20,000 nt of DNA from Spirogloea muscicola (GCA_009602725.1 WELB01000013.1:236638-256637); one strand, 5' to 3'. Numbered from the stretch's first letter, positions 9,146 to 20,000 are shown. Notes: generated by a model not told the origin, from the sequence alone. Made by a program: numbers and translations.

Positions 9146-10595
9146 CCCGAAGGACCGGCTGGGGCTCGTCGGGAAGCGTACGCGTCCTTCGACACCGGCA
9201 TCCTGGCGAGCGCGGCGGCCACCCTTCTCCAGCCCGCCAGCCGCTCTGCTGCAGGCTAGCCTGCCTGTCAGCCGCGGCGGCTTGGGCTGCCGCCCAGTTG
9301 CCCGCGCCTTTGAGGCGGCATACCTGGGCAGTTGGGGACAGGTCGCCGTTCCCATCTGCCAGCGCTTCCTCGTCCACGGCAATCGCGCCCTGGAGCGGGC
9401 GGCAGCTGAAGTGGAGACCGGCCAGCTGCCCTTCCTGGCAGCCCTCCGTTCTGCCCGCGACGGGCTCCTGGCGGCCCACCCCGACTTGTCGGAGCAGGCG
9501 TTCCCCTTCGTTCACCTCGCCCACACCCCTGACCTGCGTGCCCAGGCACGCTACATGGTGCTGGCGGAGAAGGTGGCCTTCGACAAGGCAGTGAGGCTCG
9601 TTCCTCGGCACGACCTTCGAGGGCGTGCCCGGCTCCTGTCGGCCTCCTCGCCCGGGGCGGCAGCGTGGTTAACTGCGCCTCCCCTTTACGCGGCGCTAAT
9701 CATGCCCGACGCAGTCTTGTGCACGGCCGTCCACCGGCTCCTGGGCCTCCTCCCTCCCTGCCTTGTCGGTGTAATGCAGTGTGAGTGCGGAGCCCGCCAC
9801 GCCGACGCGGTGAGCTGGCTGCTCACATGCTCCGCTTGCGCACGGAGGCGAGAGGACCGGATCCCACGACCTCATGAGGGACGGCATGCACGGAGTGTTC
9901 CTGGAGGCGGGCTACACGGTGGCCGTGGAGAACACTTCCATCATGCCCATCCAGCTGGGCGCGGGACGGTCAGCTCCATACCCGGCGCGCCGACCTGGTC
10001 GCCATCCCGCCTCGGAGGAGGTCCTCGCATCATCGTGGATGTGGTGACCGTCGACTGCGTCGACTCCGCCAACCCCACCAGATCGGCGTCGACCGCAGGG
10101 CACGCGGTCGGCCTGGCGGCCCGTGGCAAGGAGCGTAAGTTCGCCGACCATCCTGCTGGTGATGGAAAAGCGGCACTGGCGGTTGACGTCCACGGGGCTT
10201 TCGGCAGTCGCTGGCTGGACCTCCTCCAGAGGCTTGCCCGGCAGGCCATTGATCGGCGGCCGGGTCAGCCAGGGGAGCTGCCCGGCTTCAACGCTGCTGG
10301 CTCGGTAACGCAGGTCTTCCGCATGCGGCCGTCGGTCTGTTTCCAGCGATCCCTGGCTCACGCAGTCCACTAGCGAGCAGGCCGCGCCATGGCTGCTGCA
10401 TCTGGGTCTAGGCGGAGTGCTTCTTCCCCAGCTGCGAGTTACTCGGACTTGCTGCTGCTCACTCGTGGGTACTAAGCTTCCATCTGCGTTGTCTCGTGTC
10501 TAGCTGTGTACTTTCTTTTCGGCACCTTTTGGCTCTCTGGATCTTGTCCACTCTTTTGGGCTGGCCTTGTTCAGCCCATCTTCTCTATGGGCGGT
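9146..10595 (+). mobile_element. Longest CRE-like RLE retrotransposon copy (C): RT-thumb end, zinc knuckle, RLE and 3' UTR; pseudogenised
   Basis: QASLPVSRGGLG (thumb), ARLLSASSPGAAAWLTAPP and AVHRLLG (CRE-like post-RT motifs), CECG..H..C, IIVDVV, KERKF, VDVHGAFG. It has several frameshifts, a premature TAG at 10371-10373, the original stop LLTRGY* at 10473-10475 and a hairpin at 10558-10577. No RT core (YxDD) is present. Confidence 0.9.
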
Positions 10596-10828
10596 GGCTG
10601 GGGAGAGGCCTGCCCAGAAAATTGCATTACCAAGTTTGAAGGGGCCAGGGAAAGCGCTTCAGCACACAGGGAATCAAAGAGCTACGAAACACTCAGTAAC
10701 CCCTGCTGAGCAGCCATAGGTCGGAGAAACTGGTCTCCTGGTAGCGGGTCCCCTGGCTAGGGCCAGAGGCTGCAGCTAAGGCACGACCGGCACGCAGATG
10801 CAGCGCAAGAGCCATGGACCTCTGCAGC
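10596..10828 (-). mobile_element. Antisense 3' fragment, subfamily of copy B
   Basis: The minus strand reads LQRSMALALHLRAGRALAAASGPSQGTRYQETSFSDLWLLSRGY* (stop 10693-10695), followed by the 3' UTR and hairpin. Confidence 0.85.
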
Positions 10829-11630
10829 AAAGAAAGTGCTCTCTCAAAGAAGGTAGGGGCTGGAAAAGAAGAAAAGCGCTTTCAGGAGAGGGCGGTGGCT
10901 GTGACAGGCCAGCCCAAATAGAATGAACAAGGTCCAAAGAGCCGACAGGTGAAGGTGCCTAAAACCACACAGCGAGACACGAGACTACCGCAGATGGAGG
11001 CTCATTAAGGGGGCAAGAACTGTGAAAAGCGAGCCTGAAAAAAAGATCTGACAAGGTCTGAAGGGGCCGAGAAAGCGCTGAAACAAATTTCTAGGCAAGT
11101 ACGACGTAAGATAATCCATAAGTAACCTTTATTTAGCAGCCGCAAATCAGGAAGACTAGCCGCCAGGAAGAAAGAAGGAAAGTGGCTCTCTCAAAGGGGA
11201 AAGACTCTTCCAGTAGAGGTCGATGGCTTTGATTGGACAGCCCAGAAAATGGAATGAACAAAGTTCGAAGGGGGCGAGGGCTGTGGAAAGCCAGCCCGAA
11301 AAATCTGAAATTCTGAAAGTCCGAACGGGCCGAATGGCGCTGAAAGACGTAAGTATGCAGGAAGCAAGGAAGCAGTCTCCTTTACGGAAGCCAGAGGCTG
11401 CAGCTAGAGCACGGCCAGCGCACGCAGGTTCAGGAAAAAAAATAAGTAATTTCATGCAAAAAAGATGAGCTCTTTCACAGGGGACGGGAGCCAGCCCAGA
11501 AAGAATGAACAAGAAAGGAACACTCTTCCAGTAGAGGGCGATGGCTGTGGGTGGCAAGCCCAGTAAAGAGAATGAACAAAAGAGGTTAGAAAAGCGCCAA
11601 AGCACACAGCGACTCAAGTGGCCACTGGGT
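10829..11630 (-). mobile_element. Head-to-tail array of short retroposon 3' ends
   Basis: About seven terminal units of the type ag(a)aag..gc..ggctg..gccagccc.aaa.gaatgaacaag occur near 10830, 10870-10945, 11010-11070, 11170-11265, 11270-11305, 11460-11512 and 11513-11585. An AGRALAAASG ORF end lies at about 11385-11428. Confidence 0.75.
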
Positions 11631-11929
11631 GCTCAATAATCCCTGTTGAGCGGCCGCAGGTCAGAGTAACTAAGTCTCCGTGTAGGGGGTCCCCTGTCTG
11701 TAGCCAGAGGCTGCATCCAAAAAGCGACCGGCACGCAGATGCCGCGTGTGCCATTGACCGCTGCAGCAATACTGACAGGCGCGTGCGATACATCTGGCGA
11801 GAGAGCCTGCCGCGTTGAATCCGGCCTGCTCCCCTTGGTAACGTCAGGACACAGCGCTGCGCGCTAGCCGGTGCAGGAGCTCAAGCCACCAAGAGCCGAA
11901 CGCCCCCGTGGACGTCGATGGCAAGGGGG
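11631..11929 (-). mobile_element. Degenerate RLE-domain fragment (subfamily of copy B)
   Basis: The minus strand gives PLAIDVHG.., WLELLHRLARSA, FNAAGSL, QMYRTRLSVLLQRSMAH and DLRPLNRDY*, with frameshifts. Confidence 0.8.
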
Positions 11930-12562
11930 ATGAACAAGGTCAAAAGGGCCGGAAGGCGCCAAACCCACACAGCTATGCAAGAAGAAACAGCTCTTACAAA
12001 TTAAAGAAAAAAAGCTCGTCCAAAGGGGGCGGGGGACTGTGAATGGCCAGCCCAGAAAGAATGAACAAGGTCCAAAGGGCCGAAAGGCGCCAAACCCCAC
12101 AGCAATGCAAGAAACTACAGCGAATGGGAGCTGAGTAATAGTCAGCAGCCGCAAATCGGAGTAAGCTGGGAAAGAGGCACCCCGACGAGCCCCAGAAGCA
12201 GCAGCCATGGCACGGCCTGCCCGCGCAAGGGCACTGCGTGAGCTTAGGACCGTTGGAAAAATGTGGATAGCGGCATACGAAATACCTGGGCAAGCGACCC
12301 AGCGTCGTTAGCCGGGCAGCTCAGCTTGCTCCCTGCCGACGATCAATGGCCCGCCGGACAAGCCGCTGCAGAAGGTCCAGCCATCGCCTGCCGAACGCCC
12401 CGTGCACGTCCATCGCCAGCGCCACAAACCCATCGTCGGCTGGGAGATCCGCATATTTCTCGTTGCCGCTGGCAGCCTTGCGTCGACCGCCCTGCTTCCG
12501 ACGCCGATTGGGTGGGGTTGGCGGAGTCGACGGAGTCGGTAGTCACGACGTCCGCGATGATC
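11930..12562 (-). mobile_element. Degenerate RLE-domain copy (subfamily of A/C) with 3' UTR and a duplicated UTR segment
   Basis: IIADVVTTDSVDSANPTQSASEAG, KYADLPADDGFVALAMDVHGAFGRRWLDLLQRL, AGRAMAAASGARRGASFPAYSDLRLLT. The UTR segment 12061-12121 is repeated at 11930-11992. Confidence 0.85.
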
Positions 12563-12621
12563 CAAGAGACCAAGTAACCAAAGAAGTGAGCTCTTCTAAG
12601 TAGGGCGGGGGCGGGGGCGGG

Positions 12622-13177
12622 NNNNNNNNNNNNNNNNNNNNNNNNNNNNNNNNNNNNNNNNNNNNNNNNNNNNNNNNNNNNNNNNNNNNNNNNNNNNNNN
12701 NNNNNNNNNNNNNNNNNNNNNNNNNNNNNNNNNNNNNNNNNNNNNNNNNNNNNNNNNNNNNNNNNNNNNNNNNNNNNNNNNNNNNNNNNNNNNNNNNNNN
12801 NNNNNNNNNNNNNNNNNNNNNNNNNNNNNNNNNNNNNNNNNNNNNNNNNNNNNNNNNNNNNNNNNNNNNNNNNNNNNNNNNNNNNNNNNNNNNNNNNNNN
12901 NNNNNNNNNNNNNNNNNNNNNNNNNNNNNNNNNNNNNNNNNNNNNNNNNNNNNNNNNNNNNNNNNNNNNNNNNNNNNNNNNNNNNNNNNNNNNNNNNNNN
13001 NNNNNNNNNNNNNNNNNNNNNNNNNNNNNNNNNNNNNNNNNNNNNNNNNNNNNNNNNNNNNNNNNNNNNNNNNNNNNNNNNNNNNNNNNNNNNNNNNNNN
13101 NNNNNNNNNNNNNNNNNNNNNNNNNNNNNNNNNNNNNNNNNNNNNNNNNNNNNNNNNNNNNNNNNNNNNNNNNNNNN
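12622..13177. other. Assembly gap (556 N)
   Basis: Run of n with G-rich sequence on the left and C-rich sequence on the right. Confidence 0.99.
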
Positions 13178-13245
13178 CCCCCCCTCCACCCCTCCTTCCT
13201 ATTGCTTGCTCGCTCAATCTCTCTCCTTCACTCTATCTCCACCCA

Positions 13246-13303
13246 GCTATAAGAAGGAAGATTTCGTTCCTTTGAAACAGTCGTAGGCCGATAGGCTATA
13301 AGA
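13246..13303. mobile_element. 40-nt antisense retroposon-terminus insertion whose 9-bp TSD contains a TATA-like box
   Basis: gctataaga at 13246-13254 and 13295-13303 flanks aggaagatttcgttcctttgaaacagtcgtaggccgatag, which resembles 7601-7635 (gaaagatttccgtgtctttgaaacaatcgaaggcc). Confidence 0.7.
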
Positions 13304-13410
13304 GGTGCTTCAAGGCTGCCCATAAGCTAGTGCAGGCACGTTGTTACTACTGAGGCCAGCTCTTGCGGCTTCCTCTCTATCTTTGGCCGCATTCTTCGTC
13401 TGTCCATGCC

Positions 13411-16400
13411 ATGGCTCGTCGGGCAGCAGGAGGCCTGCTGGCGATGGCTGTTCTAGCTGCCGGCGCCCTCCTCGCAACCGCAACAACTGCGCCAGGCGAT
13501 ATCGCTGCTCTGCAGGCATTCAAAGGCGGCATACAGTGGGACCCACTCGGCCTCCTAGCTTCGTGGAATTTTGCCAGTTCCGACCCCTGTGATGCCAACT
13601 TCACGGGCATCAGTTGCAGCGGAACTTCACAAGTGAGCCCCCCTCTTCCCCTCCCGCCCCCGCCCCGGCCCCCTGCCTGTCCTTCTTCCGCTGGTCCTCC
13701 AACAAATTCCACCCCTTCACAACTGGCTCGTCTCACCCCCCCTCTACGCCCTCTCGTGCCTCACTCCATGCGCCTCTGACAGACGCCGCTTGCAACGAGA
13801 AGCTCATTTGTGCTGATGCTGTCCTCGCATGCTGCATGGTGGCCAGGACGCCGGGCGGCGTGTCACCGATCTTGTGCTGCGCGGGAAGCGCGACCAGTGG
13901 CTCTTCATGCAGGGCAACATCGCTGGCGTGGCGGCCCTGACTGCGCTCAGGACGCTCGACCTCAACGGCAACGCGCTCACGGCGTCACTGACCAGCCTTG
14001 GCCTCGTGGGTCTGCCAGCGCTGCAGCGCCTCGACCTCGGCGGCAACTTCATTACAGGGCCGCTGCCAGCCGACCTCGCAGCGTGCGCCGGCCTCTCGTA
14101 CCTTGATCTCAGCGGCACGGCGCTGGATGGTCCCCTCCCGGCCGGCATCCTCGGCAGCCTTGTCGGTCTCACGCACGTCGATCTCTCCTTCAATGCCATC
14201 GCGGGGCTACTACCATCTGGCGAGCTTCGCAAGCTCACCAAGCTCAGGTATCACTACTCGCATTGGCAAATTCATGGGTACCTATGTTTTGTTTTCCTCA
14301 GGAGCACACTATATGGTGCGTGCACCACCTCCTCCAGAGACGGCCACTGACTGCACCTTGTAGCACTGCACCCGCTGCAGCTACCTGAATTTGCAGAGCG
14401 ATCCATTGGCGGCGCCGTTTAGCGGACCATTCCCAGACCTCACGGGCCTCACTGCGCTGTCGTACCTGGAGCTGAGTGGCAACGCCTTTGCGCGACCAAT
14501 CCCCGCTGGCAGCCTCGGCAGCCTGGCCTCGCTGCAATATCTCGGCCTTGCTGGCATGGCCACGCTCGCCGGCGAGCCCTTCCCACCCGGTGTTGCATCA
14601 CTCTTCCGCCTTACGGCCATCATGGCAACAGGTTGCGGTTTTGCCGGGCATCTGCCGCGGCTGATGCTGCCAGCGCTGGCAACCCTCGACCTTGGCGCCA
14701 ATGCGCTGGTCGGCCCGCTGAACCTCAGCGGCCTGCCAGCACTGCGCAAGCTGGCACTGGGCGGCAACCCCCTCGGCGGCTCACTGCCGGACCTCTCTGC
14801 CCAGGCGGCTTCTCTTGTGACCCTCGACCTTAGCGGCTGCAGCCTCGCCGGGCCTGTGCCCTCCACCACGCTACGCCTGAGCGCACTGCAGAGCATGGAC
14901 CTCAGCAACAACGCCCTTACTGGCACGCTCTCGATGCAGCTCGCCGTGCTGCCAGCCATTACTGTCATCAACATTGCCAACAACCGCCTCTCCGGCCCAT
15001 TGCCAAGCCTGACAATGGTGCCTACCCTCAAGGTGAACACAGGCGCTGCCCTGTCCCCTTTAAATACCCTCTACCTCCCCCCCTTCCCCCTTCCCCCAAT
15101 TTGTCCCCCTCCACCCTGCCACTCACTGGACGCCTTCCTCACAACTCACATTTCCTCTAGCTCTCTCCCTTCCACCCCCAGCCCCTCCTAACTTGGGCAA
15201 GCCCTCTCCACACGCTGTCGCCTGCAGCAATTCGGTGCTGCTGGCAACACTTTCTCTGGCAACCTGCCAAAGCTTCCGGCGTCCATGGTGAGCCTGGACT
15301 TCTCAGGCAACCTCTTCACAGGCAATATGGGGGCACTCGGCCCCTTCGGGAGCCTCCCGGCGCTCACTGGTTTGAAGCTGGCCTCCAACGGGCTGAATGG
15401 AAGGATGCCGGACCTCTCCAGTGCATTGGCTCTGGTGTTTGTGGATGTTACCAACAATCAGCTCAGTGGTGCCCCGCCGACAAATAAGGAAGTCCCACCG
15501 GGACTTGCCACGCTCCTCATGGCTGGCAACAAGCTCGCGGGTGGCTTCCAGGATGGGAAGCCATACCCGCTGTCTGTTCAGTACCTTGACTTCAGCTCCA
15601 ACCAGGTGAGCCTACCTGTTGCCTGCCAGCCCAAAGCATGCCAAAGGGAAGAGTAGCCCACAGTGCAGCAAATCATACTGTGCCCCTCAGTGTCCGCCCC
15701 CTTGTCACAACCCAGCATTGAGACCCTGCCAAGAGCGCGATACAGAGAGATGCAGGAAGAGGACTAGGAGAATGAGGGAAGCGGAGGGGAAGGAGAACAG
15801 GAAGCAGCATAGATATAAACTGGATTTAGGGGCACGACACTCAACAACCCTCGGCTCATGTGGCTGCTCGGCTTCTTTGCACAGATTACTGGGCCTATGC
15901 CGGCGTGGATGGGCGCACTGCCGTCGCTGTCCAATTTGACACTCTCGCGCAACCAGCTGAGCGGGGTTATCCCCAACTTCACAGGGGCGGGCCAGCTCAG
16001 CGCGCTGCTCCTTGACCACAACAAGCTCACTGGCGGCGTACCGCCTAGGTGCGTGCCATGTACCAGCTCAATATTGCAGGCTACTGTTGCCCTTTGTCCT
16101 GCTCAAGCAGCGAAGATGGGAACAGGTCCACCAAGCGCCGCACTGCCAATGCCGTCTTACTTTTTGTAACTCTGCAGTCCCAGAAGCCTGCGCTCATTGG
16201 TGAACTCGCTTTGACGCTCCCAATGTGCTGCCGACTTTGCAGCCTGGGCGGCCTGCCGCTCCTTGTTTTGAACCTGAGCTTCAACCAGCTGGCGGGGCCG
16301 CTGCCGGCGGCCTTCACCACTGGCATCTCCGCCAGCTTCTTCCTCTACTCGCTGGACCTCTCCAACAACCAGCTCACGGGCCCGCTGCCGGCGTTCCCGG

Positions 16401-16690
16401 CGGGCCGCGCGGGCTTCGGTCCGCCATTCGACCTCCGAAACAACTTCTTCTACGGCTCCGCCACCGGCGACGTGCTCGAGCTCTTCGCCGGCAACTGCGC
16501 TGCCACTGGAGTGCAGCGCAATGCGACCGATTGCGCGGCGTTCTGCGGCCTCGGGAGCGCCGGCGGCTCGTGCAGCGGCCACGGCGTCTGTACTCGCAGC
16601 ACCGACGGCCAGAAGAACAACTGCGCCTGCGACGCCGGCTTCAAGCCGGGCAAACTCGCCAACGGCACGCCGACCTGTGTTTCCTGTTAG
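13411..16690 (+). CDS. Secreted plant-type leucine-rich-repeat protein with C-terminal Cys-rich/EGF-like domain, 6 exons, 754 aa
   Basis: Exons 13411-13632, 13847-14247, 14381-15032, 15228-15605, 15885-16048 and 16243-16690 total 2265 nt, GT-AG and in phase. It has a signal peptide, an LRRNT cap (DIAALQAFK..DP.GLLASW..DPC..FTGISC), about 23-24 LxxLDLSxNxLTGPLP repeats, then NC..QRNATDC..FC..CSGHGVC..CACDAGF..TCVSC*. Confidence 0.92.
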
Positions 16691-17906
16691 CTGCTAACCG
16701 AGACCACCTAGACACTACCGATGCTACTCCTTGCTCCTCGTCCTTCCAGGTCCCAATTGGACCCCCTGTCTCACTAAATTGCACTACTTTGCACACCATC
16801 CCCAATTCTTTTACTGGCACGTCTCCATTCTTTCAACCATACACTTACGCTCGAAGCATGCCAAACTTCTAGTTGCAAGGGATTTCTTGTACTATGAAAC
16901 TTGGAACAATTGCTCTGTGCAAATAAATGTGCTCAGCGGTGACCACTTGTGCCCTATGCTGTTGTAGGCAACATCTGATGGGTTCAGCCATAGATTGTCC
17001 TTGTCAGTGGCATTCCACGAGTCATCATTTTGTGCGCTGGCACTTCCGCAATACCTGCCAATTGTGGTCCGATTGTATCTCACCATGATGGTCAGATTCT
17101 CAAAACAGCTAATAAATTTCTTGAGAACTTGCCCCTACATCTCCTAAACAGTTGCTTCAGTGTAATATAAATTCGACAATGCTCCTTAACCCCCATGCCA
17201 CGTGCCACCTGCAACTCCTGGTGCACGTGGTGGACTAGCCCAGCAGTCGCTAGCCTCTTCCCTGCCACCTTTCTCTACCAAGTCAGTACTCTGTGACGAC
17301 TGACTGAATATTGTTGAAAATGTGGAAAAGCTTGACATTATCTTGTTCTCTTTGGAGTTTAACAGCCTAAATCTGGAGTTCTATGTCCGTGTCACAGATC
17401 TGACCTTGAAAAGCTGCCTTTTGGAAGCTACCATCACACCGGGCCACCTTAACTTAATGAAAACAGCTCCTCTGCAACTCCAGTGCACCCCGTGTTGGAA
17501 GGAGACTTTGCAAACACCCTGTTTTAGCTCTTGCCAGGAGTGCATATTTATCATACCACTCGCCCTTGACGGTTTCGCTACGATGAGGCAGTCAGCCGCT
17601 TGAATGTGTATCTTGCCACAAAGCCTGTCCTGGGCGAATCCTCATAGCGGAGATCTGTAGCTGCAGACTGAGCTAGTGACATGCACTGTCACACTGTCTA
17701 CGCTACACATGCGGTCGCGCCGAGGCCACCTGACTTGTCCAGCCTGCTGGCCGCTGAGCTCTGCCAGGCCTTGCAAGAAATGCAATACTTCTCCAGCCCG
17801 CCGCAAGCACAGAGTGGAGCCTGCAGCGCTGCCGCAAGCCGACCAAGAATACAGTGGCCACTGCCACACTATCAGAACATCCTTATAACACCAAAAGCAA
17901 TTTAGG

Positions 17907-19892
17907 TCAGCGCCTCATGATACGCCCCCAATCTGTGGCAGATCCTTGGTCCCAAACAGAAAAGTCGTCGCTGTTGACAATGGTGGCAGCTGCGCCGTCC
18001 TTGAAGCTTGCTGAGCGTGGCATGGCCCACAGGTAACTGAGTTGTGGGGATTCTTGCCATGCAGCGCCCTTGTTGTCAGCACCATCCACCAGGAGCGCGG
18101 GAAGTGACTGTCCTGTGGCCTCTTGAAGCAATGAGATGGCGCGGCGGTGTGTGGGCGACGCCAGAGGCGGTGAAGGGTCCGCAGCGGCGGCGTCAGTCAT
18201 GGCGTCGTCATCAAGCCAGGGGTCGTCGTAGTAGCACTGCGTGCTATTGAGGGGCGAGCTGCGGCTGCTGCTGGTCGAGGAGAATGGCGACGCAGCGATG
18301 GGCGACAGCGTTGGCACATGCGGCCGCACCTTGTACCGGCAGCCTGCATGACCAGCCGCCGCCGCCGCCGCAGCCATTGCAGCAGCCGAGGAGGACATGA
18401 TCAAAATCCATCCACCATGCAAGCATCCCTTGCCTACTAATGCGGTTCTACAGGAACCAGTTCCGACCAGTCTCATCAATTTGCGGCGCCGACTGAATGT
18501 CAGAGCCACCACCTTCAGTGACTTCCATATGATATTGGTAAAAGCAAAGCGTATCAATCTCGATGTCCAAGCCAAATGCTCAGCTCACCGTTGGCACGCG
18601 CAGCCGGGGGCCCCAGCTGGGCACGGCACGTCGCGGCCTCCTCGAGCAGCAGCCGGCCTTTCTGCACGACGAAGAGCGAGCAGCCTGGCGGCTTGTGCTC
18701 TCGGCAGTAAACTCCGCAGCTCCCAATGCTCCTGCTCAGCATCACGCCGAGGCCGGTCATCAACGTCCCCGACCGGCACAAAGGTGACCTTGCCTGAGCA
18801 AGCAATGCCGTTGCTGCACACCACGCCCATGCCTCATCGAGTGCTCCGTGGCCTTCTAAGCATTTATCGCTCTCAGTGGCCTCAGGGTGGTGATGAGCAC
18901 GGTGCAGGCCGTTGCTTATTGAGTGGCGCATTGCAGCTACATCCAAGCAGGGCAATGGGCGGGCGCAGGGGGCGGTACCATGTGACCTGGTCGAACATCT
19001 TGCCAAGGAGAAGCTTGGGCAGAAAGCGCGCGGGTGAGCGGCCAAGCACGAGCTTCACCATGCCCGTTAGCAGCTTCACCTCCTCGATGACTCCCCGCCC
19101 CTTTTCTGCATGGACAGCCACCTTGATCTCCACTGGCAGCTGCGAAGGTGGCCACCGTGGCACAAGAGAAGAGTCAACGGCAGCACAAGGCCCATCAGCA
19201 CTGCCGCTGGCGCTGGCTATTGAGGTGTTGGAATAGTGCGGCGCAGCACGGCCGCCCTGCATTGTCGGCTACTGCAGTACTCGCTGGTGAGAAGGCAGCC
19301 ACTGCCCACCTCGAACTCGGCCTTGCAGTATGCCTGGAGCCGCGTGATGGCCGGCAGCACCGCCGCCTGGACGTGCGCTGCCAGGCCTCTAGCGTGCGCG
19401 GCGCCGCCGCCCTTGGGCGAGGACCCGTCCACTGCGACGCCGCCGCAGGCAGCGGCCGTCAGCTCCTGACGAGCCCCCGCCGTGGAGGCCCCACAGGCGC
19501 TGACGCCGAAGCAGGCAGGCGTAGCGGCAGAGGAGGAGCTCGCCGCCAGAGCGGCAGTGGGGTCTCGGCCGTCAACAGCTTGCGGCAAGACGTAGTGGAG
19601 ATGGTGCAGGAGTAACGGAGTGGGTATTGGGTGATGGAGGGCCTGAGTGGCCAAGTACAGTGGCAAGCATATCGACAGGTGTACATGACCTCCTGCTAGA
19701 GAGAGGGAGGGAGGTGGGCGCGCTCTCACGGGCTTCGGGCGGCGGCGGCGGTGGCGGCGGCGGCGGCTTGGCGACGTGGAGGAGGATGGTGGCGTCGAAC
19801 GGCTGCCACAGCTTCTCGACCGCCCACCGGATGGCCTCGCGCGCCGTCGCGCCGTCGCCGCCCACCACCACCACCAGGCTCCGGCCCCCCAT
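17907..19892 (-). CDS. Universal stress protein (USP/adenine nucleotide alpha-hydrolase-like) domain protein with low-complexity C-terminal tail
   Basis: Exon 19892-19730: MGGRSLVVVVGGDGATAREAIRWAVEKL..DATILLHV. Exon ending at 19310: ..LQAYCKAEFE. Exon 19139-18987: VEIKVAVHAEKGRGVIEEVK..LVLG. Exon about 18793-18589: GSCGVYCREHKPPGCSLFVVQKG. Last exon 18343-17907. The acceptors of exons 2 and 4 are uncertain. Confidence 0.78.
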
Positions 19893-19927
19893 CGCCGCCG
19901 CTGCCGCCGCTGCCGCCGCGGGCTGCT

Positions 19928-19929
<2 letters not shown>

Positions 19930-20000
<71 letters not shown>
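19930..20000. repeat. Poly-T tract (at least 71 nt, runs off the window)
   Basis: Direct observation. Confidence 0.95.

Noticed and set aside
9132..10373. 413-aa ORF as an intact host gene or stand-alone nuclease
   Set aside because: It drifts out of and back into the element frame through frameshifts, starts inside an antisense terminus fragment and ends at a premature TAG. It is a decayed retroposon copy.
10829..11630. CRISPR-like repeat-spacer array
   Set aside because: The units are diverged, irregularly spaced and match retroposon 3' UTRs; the context is eukaryotic with no cas genes.
12543..13217. ORFs spanning the N run and a G-quadruplex-like flank at 12603-12621
   Set aside because: The ORFs are gap artefacts, and the G/C runs at gap edges are unreliable.
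16892..17905. Small ORFs between the LRR and USP genes, and a possible terminus-like gccacctttctctac at 17264
   Set aside because: There are no motifs or coherent splice structure, so these are likely convergent 3' UTRs. The terminus-like word has no clear hairpin or TSD.

Overview
Eukaryotic, intron-rich, GC-rich DNA with plant-type genes; a streptophyte green alga is my inference, not proven. Four spliced genes were reconstructed by hand: a DTWD1-like tRNA-modifying gene (-, 1895 to <1, runs off the window), an intact 13-exon meiotic recombinase DMC1 (-, 7025-4331, 337 aa, one U12-like intron), a 6-exon secreted LRR protein ending in an EGF-like domain with no TM or kinase (+, 13411-16690, 754 aa), and a USP-domain gene (-, 19892-17907). 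The intergenic space (about 1955-3780 and 7470-12620) is a dense nest of 5'-truncated CRE-like, RLE-endonuclease non-LTR retrotransposon copies from several subfamilies. None retains the RT core. The most striking signal is that these elements end in a GGGCTG...CAGCCC hairpin plus a ...YTCT terminus rather than poly(A). At least five insertions of their extreme 3' ends (four only 26-59 nt, one 199 nt) have clear target-site duplications that begin with, or abut, YTCY. They sit inside older copies, exactly at an older copy's 3' end, and across a putative TATA box. There is an assembly gap at 12622-13177 and a poly-T run at the window end.
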